Assembly: GCA_965637545.1 (NCBI GenBank)
Contig: OZ281498.1
Coordinates: 6,944,001-7,008,000, forward strand
Origin: Phallusia mammillata
Lineage: Eukaryota
Direction: 5' to 3'
Length of the DNA: 64,000 bases
Part shown: positions 1 to 10,892 of the stretch, in pieces
Numbering within the stretch: position 1 is the first letter of the stretch
Layout of the letters: every line of letters starts with the position of its first letter
The notes under the pieces: model-generated
What the model was told of the DNA's origin: nothing
The model's database searches: none
The model's input: the letters and a program-made list of their open reading frames with translations, nothing else
Made by a program: the position numbers and the translations under genes

Positions 1-320
1 TATTGTGACGCACGAGGTGACTGTTTATTTGCATTGTTTGAACACAATAGGCGTATATAAAGTGTGATGCACAGTGTGTCTTCACTACCTACCTATGCAT
101 CTTGTGTGTGCTCTTCCCGGAAGTCGACGGTTTGTGTATGTGTTTGTTTTTTGATTTTTTTCTCACAGACTTTTTTCTTGCATACGAAACATGGTCGTGG
201 ATTAAATCCCCATTTGTTTTCCCCTATCACAACAGAAAAACGGTTCAAACAATCAAATTTGCCCACAATGTTGAGCTTTGCATGGTACATATGTAGTTTA
301 CAACAACCCTAAAATTAAAA

Positions 321-725
321 TTGGCGGTGCAAATAAAAAACGTGATAAATCGTTTGGCAAAAGCAATTGCTTTGTACTTTAAAAAACTTGTTATTTTGGG
401 GTTTGATGATACATCCGCTAAACACTTTTTAAAAATAAACTCATTTTGGAAAAATTATACTCAATCTGACCGTTTGAACAAGCTTTTTGCGTTTGAAAGG
501 GAGTATATAAAAACATTACATGGAAACAAGGATACTAGTTGCAATCAGGATGAATATAAAAAAGCGTGTATTGATGCTCTGGCAAAGCAGCTCACTAGAT
601 ACCCCAATCACTCATCTTTACCTATAAGTGCAATAACTGCAATAACTGCTAAGCAAACAGTAAAAACGATTCGATATAAATGGTTCAATAACCTGGCATT
701 TAGAAAATGCGTCCAACAGTCATAG
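321..725 (+). pseudogene. N-terminal segment of the transposon polyprotein, no recognised domain
   Basis: 134-aa ORF overlapping the PHD ORF at 707-725 next to an A-run (gtcaaaaaacatg), consistent with a frameshifted continuation. Confidence 0.45.
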
Positions 726-1258
726 GTCAAAAAACATGTTGTGTTTGCAAAACTGTTTGGTGCGGAGAACAAATGGTAGAATGTGAATCGTGTTTACAAT
801 GGTTTCATCCACGATGCGTGTTTCAAAATGTCACCCCCCAAAAATTTAGCAACGAGCAATGGAATAAGCTTCATTTTGTATGTAATAATTCAATTGTAAA
901 CGACGCCGATCCAAAAAACGTGTACCGCCATGCTTCCATTGATATAGGCACAATCAGTACGAGCAAGCCAGCATCCCCTAACTCAATTAATCCCGTTGTT
1001 TCAACTAGTATTTCAAAAACTCAACCGCTATCATCCGACTTTTCTGACGAAAGCCTCTCACCTGCCACGGACGCCATGTCAACTCACGCGAACGATTGCG
1101 CATTTTCTGATAATTTAAGCGATTGTAGTGTCGATTCACAAATTGAGAGCACAATTCAAAACAGTTCGTCAGAGGAGAAATGGATTTCGACAAATGTTTT
1201 AAACGACCTTGGTAAAGTTAAAAAACAAACAACTTCTCTGATGCAATGTTTACGTTAA
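707..1258 (+). pseudogene. PHD-finger plus Ser-rich linker segment of the transposon polyprotein
   Basis: CCVC-x(11)-CESC-LQWF-H-PR-C...HFVCNNS matches the C4-H-C3 PHD pattern, but the eighth ligand is Ser instead of Cys. An S/D-rich low-complexity linker follows. Confidence 0.75.
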
Positions 1259-3468
1259 CCTGCAAGAAAAAATTCACAATGATCTTGACGTTTGGGACAG
1301 TATTACAAAAAAACGCACTGCGAATAAGTTTGGGAGCAATGCGTACAAAGACACTATTTTTTAAAAAAATACGACAAATATATGATAATTGCGTCCCTAA
1401 CATTGAAAGCCATTATTTACGGGATCCCCAAAATGTCAATACTATTAAGCCAAATTCCGACAGCTACCTCGAAGGAGCAATCAAACTGTATTGTGCCCAC
1501 GGGAGATGCTGCAACTGTGAAATAAAAATATGTGTGGATTTGATTTCGTTCGTGGATCGAGTTGAAGGCCAAGTAACGGTAAGAGGCATGCGAAACCACC
1601 AAAAAGGTTGCAAACGGAGACGACGGGCATCTGGTAAAAGACGGGGCCAACTTAAACGCCAACTTCAATTTCAGTCTGCGAATAAATTACAAAGAAAATT
1701 ATTTGACAATTTAACAGAAGCGGAACGTTGGTTAGGTGCACATACTTTTTTACCCTCTCAATCCGTGCTTCGCAACATAAAAAGCGAAGGTAAATCCATG
1801 TTCCATTATTTTAAACTATGGTTTATAAATTTGTTGCACTTTCTCCAGTTAAAAAAGCAACGAACTTTTGTTCGCCTAATATGCATTCATCCCCCGTCTG
1901 TAACATTATATTCAAATCCACAAGTAAAACTCTATTTCGATCTTTGTTTAAAAGATATCGTCTACTTTGATGCTACTGGAAGTTGCCTCCGTAGTCAAAA
2001 TGGATACTCTGATTTTCAGGTGTATACACTTTTAGTAAGAAACCCTACTAAAGGGGAAGTGGCACTTCCGATGGCAACAAACGTTACCACTTGTCATGAC
2101 AGCAACAGCATCAGCCTTTTTTTTCGAGTTTTTTTTTATGAACGTTGTAAAAATTTGTAAAGTTTCTAGAAAACCGGCTTTTATAATAATTGATGAATCC
2201 ATGGCCATGTGGAATGGGGTTCTTAAAGCCTTATGTAGAGAATCGCGCCTTGAATATTACAATCGTTGTCACCCCATAGTAGTTGGGTTGCCACTCAAAG
2301 ATGATTTAAAACTAACAATAGTGCATAATTGTTACAGTCATGTCATGAAAGCAGCCAAAATTCTTTGCCTGAAACAATGGTCCGACAAGAAATTAGCTCA
2401 GTCGGCTCTATACTGGATAAATTTGCTTTTTACTTGCAAAACTATTAAGGAATTAGATGATGCTGTTGCTAGTTTAATTATTTTAACCCACTGCGAAAAA
2501 AACTCTCCCCTTGTAGAAAAACATTTTAACAATTTGAAACATAAACTCGATAACTCCCCAAATGAAAACGTTAACGATAACACCTTTGAATTGGACCCGG
2601 GTGATGATGCAGATTATTTTTTTACTGGAAAAAGTGATGATGCTTTACAAGAAAAAAATCCCGATTTTTTCATCGTTACGACAGAATGTTTAAAAATATC
2701 ATGGTTTCAGACGAGTACAACATACAACTGTCAGCAAATCTTGAAAACAATTTGTACCACAATCCAACTTTTTTCAAAATATTACTTGAACGGGTACTGA
2801 GCAGAATTTGTTGCACATCACATCTATTGCTAGGGGATTTATCTCGACATGTTGCCGACGACACGTCGCCTGAGCAGCATGAGCTGTACTTAGATTATTC
2901 AAATAAATGTGACAAATTAAGTAATGTGAAATTTCAGACCATTTTGACAAACAATAACACACAAGGAATTATAGAACAACATTTCGGGGACATGAAACAA
3001 AATTATATCGACGGTAAAAGAGTAGCACGAATAGACGACTTTGTCCATCTATATCACAAAGCGATAAAGGTTCAGGAAAAACAATTTGCTGACAGTTTGA
3101 TGCATTTAAATAAAAATACGCAAAACACTGGAACAGACGAAAAATCCACGCCTCTGGTTTTGGCGCAATTTAAAAAACGAAAACGAAACTCAAAAAGCTT
3201 CTATTCGTCACCACGATTGGCAAAACGAATTCGGTTTCAAAATAATAGTACTAAAGACAACAATGTATTAACCCGTACCCCAACTTTGGCGCATTTTTCC
3301 TTTGTTCCATCAACTCCCTCTGTCGTAAAAATGGTGAAAACATTGGCAAATTATATTTGGCATCATGTGACATTTACTGACGCATCAATTTTAAATCAGG
3401 CTTTAATAACGCCCAACGGCAGTCCACTAACATGGGAACGGTGCCCTATGCATTTTCTCTATTGGTAA
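1246..3468 (+). pseudogene. MULE/NOF-type DDE transposase split over three ORFs by two frameshifts
   Basis: First Asp in VYFDATG (1969-1971), second Asp in IIIDES (2192-2194), CxxH in HNCYSH (2330-2341) and Glu in TNNNTQGIIEQHF (2974-2976). This order and the CxxH motif are typical of Mutator-like transposases. Frame switches lie in T-runs at about 2116-2137 and A/T-runs at about 2650-2690. Confidence 0.8.
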
Positions 3469-3474
3469 CAAATT

Positions 3475-4821
3475 TTGATTCCAAATTCGTTAAATTTAAC
3501 GAAGAACAAAGCATTTAAAAACTTGCAAGGAGTTATGCAGCCCATCTGTCGGCCAACAGACGGTCAAATCAGGAATAACTTACTTATTCCTATCCTATGG
3601 AAAAATCATTTTATGTTAATTTGGTTTTGCAAAGATAAAATGGAACTTAAATTATTTGAATCAGCTAAAGAACCCCAAAACGAACTTGTTAAGTTAATAC
3701 AGTCCCATCTAGTGCCGTTTTTAAATGACATTACTGGCCCAGGCTCAAAGATTAAATTCTTCCATGACACTTTAATACCACAAACAGACCAGTTAAGTTG
3801 CGGAGTTTGCGTTTGTTATGGAGTAGACCGAATTATTTCAAACGTATCAAAACAACCCCTATGTAATCCTAAGTTTTTCGGTCAGTGGATTGCATACGCC
3901 TTAGTAGAAAATTCGCCACAGTGCAATTTTGCAATAAAACGACATTTAGACGAACAAAATGACCAATCCGTCGGTTTGCAAAACTTTGGAAACACATGCT
4001 GGTTAAATTCTGTTTTTCAATCACTTAAATTCCTCATGAAGCAAAAGTTTGCCAATTCACCTCGTACGGCTGTTTCTGACCCCGTTGCTAACTTTTTAAC
4101 TTCCTTAAGTAACAAATCGTACGACGTAGACGTCCATCGCAATTTGATTAAAAAAATCTGTAAAGATCTTAAATGGAACTTTAGTAATCAACATGATGCC
4201 GGCGAGTTTTTAATGTTATATCAAAATGGTAGTCTGCTAGAAAACTGTGGCCTTAATCCTATGCATCAATTTCGGTCAACCACCACCTGCCAAACCTGCA
4301 AAAGCGTCCAGAATCAAATGGAACCGGAGCAAAACTTTTGGTTTGTTCCGATGTACCAAAACATAGTTGCTGGCAGTAAATTAAGCAAGTATTTCGATAA
4401 ATGTTGCAATGAAATCTTTTTGGCAAACTGCTCCACTTGCGGCAGTGAAAAACAGTTTGAAAAAAAATTAAAACTTGTTTCAACTTCCGACGTTTTGCCG
4501 ACCGTATTGCCACGATCTAGTATTAGCGGAAAATGCACCAAAACGATTTTATCGGATTTGCGATTGACACTAGGAGACGCTGTGTTTGTTTTAAAATGTG
4601 CAATTGTTCATGTTGGCGCGCAATCCAGTTCCGGGCATTACATGGCCTACTCATTTGCGGAGCAAGGAATATTAGAATACAATGACAAAAAAATCAAACA
4701 TGTTAATTGGGACAATGTTGAACATCGAATACAGAGTGGCGCATACATTTTGTTTTACACTAAATTATCTCAAATTCCCCAGAATATGCTAAGTACAAGC
4801 CAAATCCCTATCACAATCTAA
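3475..4821 (+). CDS. Tandem Ulp1/C48-like protease plus USP/C19 ubiquitin-specific protease domains (transposon-borne)
   Basis: Ulp1-like: IPILWKNHFML (His 3607-3609), LFES (Glu 3658-3660 at the usual Asp position), PQTDQLSCG (Gln 3781, Cys 3799-3801). USP: Cys box VGLQNFGNTCWLNSVFQ (Cys 3997-3999), QHDAGEFL, two CxxC pairs (CQTC, CSTC), His box HVGAQSSSGHYMAY (His 4636-4638), YND (Asp 4684-4686) and terminal AYILFY. Confidence 0.9.
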   Translation: MIPNSLNLTKNKAFKNLQGVMQPICRPTDGQIRNNLLIPILWKNHFMLIWFCKDKMELKLFESAKEPQNELVKLIQSHLVPFLNDITGPGSKIKFFHDTLIPQTDQLSCGVCVCYGVDRIISNVSKQPLCNPKFFGQWIAYALVENSPQCNFAIKRHLDEQNDQSVGLQNFGNTCWLNSVFQSLKFLMKQKFANSPRTAVSDPVANFLTSLSNKSYDVDVHRNLIKKICKDLKWNFSNQHDAGEFLMLYQNGSLLENCGLNPMHQFRSTTTCQTCKSVQNQMEPEQNFWFVPMYQNIVAGSKLSKYFDKCCNEIFLANCSTCGSEKQFEKKLKLVSTSDVLPTVLPRSSISGKCTKTILSDLRLTLGDAVFVLKCAIVHVGAQSSSGHYMAYSFAEQGILEYNDKKIKHVNWDNVEHRIQSGAYILFYTKLSQIPQNMLSTSQIPITI

Positions 4822-5469
4822 AGAAAAAAAAAAAGAAAACTTAACTTACAACACGCTAACGCTCAAATTTCTGAAAAAAATTTTTTTGAAAATTATCCGT
4901 TGTACCACGCTACTTCAGATAATGTAATTGATAAAATAACTGAACTGGATTTAAACAACAAGGACAGAGAAATTTATCATACTGTAACAGAACACTTGCT
5001 ACGTGATATGAGTATGAACTGGACCAACGCCCAATGTGTAACTGCTGGGTATAGATACTGCCTTTATTTGACCTTATCAAAATGCGACCTAAAAAAGTAT
5101 TATCAAAATTTTTCATTTGAGAAAAGCAATATTTCGACAATTGAAACCTTTAATTTGTGGCAATACGTAAAGCATTTCCTGTGCCGAGAAAAAATTAGGA
5201 ACCGCCAATTTTCAGACGGCCAAATTGTTAGTTCTTCAAGAGTGGGATTAGAATTAAAACCAAATTTAATTTCGAAACAAAGCTTGTTGAATTCCGTTGT
5301 TAACAAAACAAATTACAATTTGCTCGAATTTTTGGATATAGTTGTAAACCGTGAGGCTATAATTTACTACCAGGCTACCTGCGATGAAACGTCGTACGAC
5401 GTTGCTACTGCTAATTTCTCCTTATCCTGTAATACTTTTGAAAAAAACCAACAGTCAACTACGAAATAA
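4822..5469 (+). pseudogene. In-frame C-terminal extension of the transposon polyprotein, unrecognised domain
   Basis: The frame is open from 4822 (RKKKRKLNLQ...) through the 4900-5469 ORF, in the same frame as the protease ORF and separated from it by one TAA. Confidence 0.5.
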
Positions 5470-5510
5470 AAAACTGCAGATCTCCATACAAAACCTAACA
5501 AACTCTAGGC

Positions 5511-6014
5511 CAGGGGTCTCAAACTCAAAGTGCTTTGAGGGCCAAAAACAACAAACTATTAAGTAAGTCGAGGCCCGCACTATCGAAACATTTGTTACAG
5601 TGTAGCATGACAACAAACATATTGCGTGATTAAAAAGGGGAAATGTTCATTAATCCCATTATCTTTATTGAACAAACAATATTGTGATAAATAACAAACA
5701 AATATACAGTGTAGCAAAGTGAAAGAGCCAACTCTGCCCTGTTGCTTTGTGTGGAAACAATGGCATACAGTGACACCACAATAACAGTGACGCAACAATC
5801 GCAATTGCTGATTCTAAAGAAGGACTATTTCGATTATGCCATTTAAACGTTGCAAATACTGCTATCAGAGAATGAATATATCATGTAAACTCACTAGTTT
5901 TACTAGGTATTCCGCCCGAGTAAAACACATAACTTCTAAAAGTTCCTTCGCGGGCCGCACAAAAAACCTTGGAGGGCCGCATGCGGCCCGCGGGCCGCGT
6001 GTTTGAGACCCCTG
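5511..6014. mobile_element. hAT (Buster/Charlie-type) MITE
   Basis: Perfect 14-bp TIR caggggtctcaaac / gtttgagacccctg. Perfect 8-bp TSD ctctaggc (5503-5510, 6015-6022). GC-rich gggccgc subterminal motifs. Confidence 0.95.
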
Positions 6015-6453
6015 CTCTAGGCCCAGGTAAAATACGGCTATTGGCAAAGGTCCTGGGTTAACAAAAAAACCGAACGACCACCGCAAGGACTGCCTCCTGG
6101 GCGTGGTTGGAAAGTCCTAGTTAAAGTTGCAAACTTTAAGGTAGAATTCGTAATACAAATAAGTTTTACTTTAGTATTCCTGATTAGCCACTTAAAAGTT
6201 AAAGATAAAATAAATTCAGCTAAAAAGCATGGCCATAAGGTTTTAAACTTAAATAAATTTGTCCCGAACAAAAAAAACGCTTTTTTCCAAATAAACATTT
6301 TGTTAAATTTTCAGTTATCGGACTGCCGCCTGATTGTCGATAAAAAAAAAAAAACATTTCGAAACATGTATATGGTAAACGGATAAACCACATACATTTC
6401 CACAAAAAAACTCGAATTCTCATTTCGGCGAAATGACGGTGGTTAAAAAACAA

Positions 6454-6488
6454 TGTAAGCCGCGGCTTACAATCGAGTAAATACGGTA
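6454..6488. mobile_element. Isolated transposon-like terminus (CCGTA-type end with TA, as in pogo/Tc2-like elements)
   Basis: 18-bp perfect palindrome tgtaagccgcggcttaca followed by atcgagtaaatacgg|ta. No partner end was found in the window. Confidence 0.35.
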
Positions 6489-6659
6489 TTTATGAAACGA
6501 TGTAGGGTTTTCGCCTTGTTTAGTAGTTCCTCCGTTAGGTTTTATTCTGACATTTGTTTAGTGTTTACCAATGTCCTTGTATAAGGCAGTTGCTGAAACT
6601 GAGTAGCACTCGTCAATTTGATCATTATGTATCAACGTTAAACAATCAAGTTGGAAAAT

Positions 6660-9600
6660 ATGTAAGCATGATATGCCTGCTTTGTTAGTCAATAGTTTTT
6701 TAAATTTTTCATTGTTTTAAACTTTTAGTTATTTTGTTTGCGCATTTCAAAGCAAGGTTGTACTTGTACCTAACATTGCATTTAACTACATAATATAAGA
6801 AATTTGATTGACTGCACAACTCAACATTTCATGTGCATACCATCCAGCAGGGAATCGTCATAAGTATTGTGTTACTTTAGGCCTACTTGTTAATATATTT
6901 GTTTACAAACAAAGGTCTGAAACACAGAGGAGAGATTGTTTTCAACAAGTAATTGAAGATGTCGGTATCAAACAATGGTTTGAGTATGTGAGAAAACTAG
7001 GACTTTCAGAACCCGATATTCAAAATGCATGGGAGCTACAGGAAGTAATCAGTGAAAAGAAACACAAAATGCTTATTACTTGGAGCAACTACATTGGTAA
7101 TAATGTGTGATATTGTACTTGCTCTCCCTCTCTGTAGAGGTTTACCAGTATATTTTTAGGAAATTTCAATGACAACCAGAAAAAAATACTGAATGAGGTT
7201 AAAAGGGAATTGTATGGTCCCAGAGTCACAGGCCTGGACAATCACCTGCCAGTAAAACTTTTAGCTAGTAAGACTTTCTTAGTCGGCTGTACATAATTTA
7301 AAAGTTTTCAATGTTTTCAATTTGTAGCAAATGTTTTTAGGCACCCCAAACATTGTTAAAAAGGATCTAGTGAAAATAATACTCACCCACTGATGTGACT
7401 GTGTCAAAGCAAATACTATATCAAATCAAACATGCTTCTATTTTTTACAATGACTGTCGCTAAATGTTACGGGACATAAATATGTGCTAAAATGTGTTTT
7501 ACTCCAAACCACTGTTTCCCAATCTTTGGTACTTATATATACCACCAGTATCAATAAAAGCTGTGATTTAAAGTCTTTGTAAAAATGCATTTTTGGGGTT
7601 TGTTCATAAGTTTTTGTACCAGGGGACAACATTTCAACACAACACTAGCAAAGTTTTGCCATTGATCCTCATGATTTTGGCCAATGCAAACATAGGGGTT
7701 AAACTTTAACTTGGCTAAGAATGATTTCAAGTCTGTGTATAGCAGTGGTTCCCAACCTTTTTGTAGTCACAGACCCCTTTTATAAATTTTAGATGCCAGA
7801 TGACCCCCAAGGTAACTTTTCTTAAGTCTTTATGTTTTTCGTTTCTTTCATAATATGTTACTGTACTTTTTGGGTAGCATTTTTGCTCAACCTTCACACT
7901 CCTTAATTTTTTACTGTAGCAACAAAGAGATATATATATTCTAGTGTACGAAGGTTGAAACAAAGCATTATAAATTCCATTGTTCATGTGTGTTGTGATG
8001 TCACAATGGGACTAACAATCACAAAAAAGTAATTTTTCCTGACCCGAAGGTTTAATTAACAGTCTGCACTTGTATGCAGGTAAGTAAAAACGGGTCAAAC
8101 ACTTACACATTTTTTACTGTTGGTAAATGGTACTAAAATGTTTGCCTCCAAGGACCCCCTAAAACCATCTCACAGCCCCTTGGGGGTCCGCGAACCTTAG
8201 GTTGGGAACCACTGGTGAATAGTGTTTTTAATGATTTTATGTGCTTTAGAAAAGTCCAGTTGCAAATAACCGAACTGACAAAATTAAGTTAATAATCAGT
8301 CCAATGCAACTTTTCATCAGTTATCTGTGTATGTTTTTGTGTTTAATTCGACACTATTGTATACTCCAGATCGGGACAAAGCATGGCTTATATACCTGTT
8401 TGTCAAGTTTTACTGTGCTGATGCTGTCTTTTTGGGAATTGTTAGAGGAAAAATGGAATTAACTGAAGATAATATTCAACAAATCAAAAATGATTATTAC
8501 CAAAACACTAGTGAACAAAAGTTTCAGATGGTGTTGACTTGGTGCAAACAAACAAATAAAAGTAAGTAAACATAGACGCTAATCCAGACAACAGCACTGC
8601 TTACATAATTTTCTTTGAAAGTACATTTTTGTTGCTATCTTTCGGGGGATTTTATGATTTCAAAAATATATACTGTTTTACTGTTCTTATTGTAATTATC
8701 AGCCTGCTTTAATTTTGGTTAAGCTTGCCCTATTTAAGGTGTTAACCTTTGCTCCTATTTAAAAACTATTGTGTCTTGTATTATTTATTTGTGCTGGTGG
8801 CGATGTGTAGTTGTAAAATAATTATTTTTTTACTTTAGAACTGACTGCTGAACACTTTTGTGCAGGGCTGACCAATTATGACACATGCATTGCAATATGC
8901 TCCAGCCTACACAATAAATTATTTCTGCATAGGTGTTTGTCCAACCCACCTTCAGGGTCATATATATATATGTATATATTCCAGATACTGTGCATGAAAT
9001 TGCCCATGGCTTTAGGCACTTAAATGCCTATGTTCCTGATGAATTCGATTTTATTTTTCAACCTGTGCAAACAGAGAATGGTTCCAGACAAGAAGGTAAA
9101 AAACTTTTTGATACTTTTTCTAACAAACATGAACATATGTTGATCACTTGAATAATCCTTGAAGCATTTAGACCAGCGATGATGACATGGTCAAAATCAT
9201 AGTATGCCAGGCCTGTTGAACATGTTATACATAACCTAAAGCTAAGTTCTTTTTCTTTTCAGATCATGTGGATGGATCAATATCTGAAGGTCCTGTGACT
9301 TGCAATGTTTCTGCAGGTGCACAATTCATTATTTTCATGTCTAAACAACTATGTCAAAGAATTATATGATAGTTTGGTATATTAGTTTGAAAAAAACACA
9401 ACTTGTATAATTTATTAATACATTAAACCAACAATGCAGCATTTCCATTCTTTTATTGTTAAACGTTGTTATAGATTTTTCTTGAAAAAACAAATTTTTA
9501 CAACACTTGTATTTAAGTCAATAGGTTTAACTTCAGAGCAAAATTGGCATTTTAAAGTACAAAAAACATAGTTAAAAGGTAAACTAATCTTTACATATAC

Positions 9601-10635
9601 CTACATACCTTACATAGAGTTTTATGAAGTCTTCAGACCTAGTATGTTTTATTTGCAGTGAACCCCTCACAACCATCACTGCAGGTATATCTACTTTTTG
9701 GTGAACTCTTTTCAGTTTTTTAATCATGACTAATTGATTTTTAGAATCCTCCTGTAGAGTGCTGCCTAATGTTCAGCTATGCACACCAACTTTCTACAAT
9801 CCCTAGACAGGTAAAAGTTTTAAAAAAACCTTTCTTGGCCACATGATTTAAATGACTTTGTCATGATTTGGCTTACAAAGTAGCCAAAAGTACTAAAACC
9901 TTTCCAGCAAAACATTAGTATTTGACTCAATCAATCAAATACTTTTTTTTGTTTTATTAAACTCAAGTATTCAATGTTGTCCTTTTTTTGCAGATTGCAT
10001 TGCGCATCACCAAGAGCCCTGATCTTAATTTTAGAATTTGGATTGATGAAGAAAATATCCATGGCCGATTGTATTCCTCTATGGCAGACGCTGTGAAGCA
10101 ATGCCACATTTTTTTAATGTTTATTTCCAAGGCATATCAAGAGAGCGACAACTGTAGAAAGGAGGCAGTTGCTGCTTCAAAACAGAAAAAACATATTATT
10201 CCTATCAAAGTAGAAGAAGGTTTTAAGCCTGACGAATGGTTAGGTAATTATAATAGCTTGTATGAAATTGACAAACAGGATTCAAAACCTACCATGTACT
10301 GTATAATTTTGTTGATTAAACAGCAAACAGATACAGTCGACTTGTTATTATAACTGGCATGATAAAATACCTACAATAAAGAAATTCATGCAGCAATCCT
10401 GCCTTAAGGGCAACTTGTTTTGAATAACAAACTAAAACAATAAGGTAGAATTTGTTTGACAAAACATTTGTTAAACTAAAATGAATCACAATAAAGTAAA
10501 TGTTTACAGCAGACTTTATTTGACTGTTTCTTAGACTTGATCATGGAAGACCTAAAGTACTTTGATTTTACTAAACATCCGTTTGAGGAAGAGTTTAATG
10601 CATTGCTGAAAGAAGTTCAACTCTACATTCGATGA
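6660..10635 (+). CDS. Gene 1: death domain-death domain-TIR protein (about 363 aa, MyD88-like architecture with a TIR_2-type domain)
   Basis: Phase-consistent exons 6660-6661 (AT of a split ATG, tentative), 6915-7096, 7160-7267, 8370-8561, 8985-9095, 9263-9316, 9659-9684, 9745-9810, 9994-10243, 10535-10635 (TGA), all GT-AG. DD1 is FQQVIEDVGIKQWFEYVRKLGLSEPDI...KMLITW and DD2 is ...MELTEDNIQQIKNDYYQNTSEQKFQMVLTW. The TIR reads LMFSYAH...IWIDEENIHG.LYSSMADAV...FISKAYQESDNCRKEA...IIPIKVEEGFKPDEWLDLI...YFDFT. Confidence 0.85.
7743..8214. mobile_element. hAT (Buster-type) MITE in gene 1 intron
   Basis: Perfect 16-bp TIR cagtggttcccaacct / aggttgggaaccactg. TSD gtgtatag / gtgaatag (7/8). Confidence 0.9.
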
Positions 10636-10892
10636 ATAATAATTAACATCAGCTATGTCGAGATTAAAGTTTACTCATAGTCTTAAACCTTATTGACTTG
10701 GTTGTTGGCAGCAAGACAATGTTAAATGATGATGTATGTAAAGCACTGTGATGGTTTAATTTTCTATGTTCAATGTACTGGTAAAAGCATACCTTCTGTG
10801 TTATTTTGCTGATATAAGCATATCTTTTTTGTATATTACAGTTTTATTGGTTATTTTTATGGGTCTATACCAAAACTTTTAATTATAATATA

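Larger units (their letters stand above)
321..5469 (+). mobile_element. Decayed Mutator-superfamily (NOF/Foldback-like) DNA transposon coding region carrying PHD, DDE transposase, Ulp1-like and USP protease domains
   Basis: Intronless co-directional ORFs 321-725, 707-1258, 1246-2160, 2096-2800, 2686-3468, 3475-4821 and 4900-5469 overlap or abut. The last three share one frame and are separated only by single TAA stops (3466-3468, 4819-4821); the others are joined by frameshifts near homopolymer runs. MULE-type catalytic motifs are present. TIRs and TSD were not found, and the left end may lie outside the window. Confidence 0.8.

Noticed and set aside
1-320. Left TIR of the Mutator-like element; short ORFs 64-312, 93-290 and 102-296
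   Set aside because: I found no inverted match to the 5470-6490 region. The ORFs are low-complexity T-rich translations without motifs.
8839-8932. Apparent extra exon in gene 1 (KLTAEHFCAGLTNY...)
   Set aside because: It ends in phase 2 and would break the frame. Skipping it joins 8561 to 8985 in phase, and that exon aligns with the fifth exons of genes 2 and 3.
6915-10635. Gene symbol MYD88 or SARM1 for gene 1
   Set aside because: It has two DDs, no ARM/SAM region, and a TIR lacking the MyD88 box-2 signature, so orthology cannot be claimed from sequence reading.
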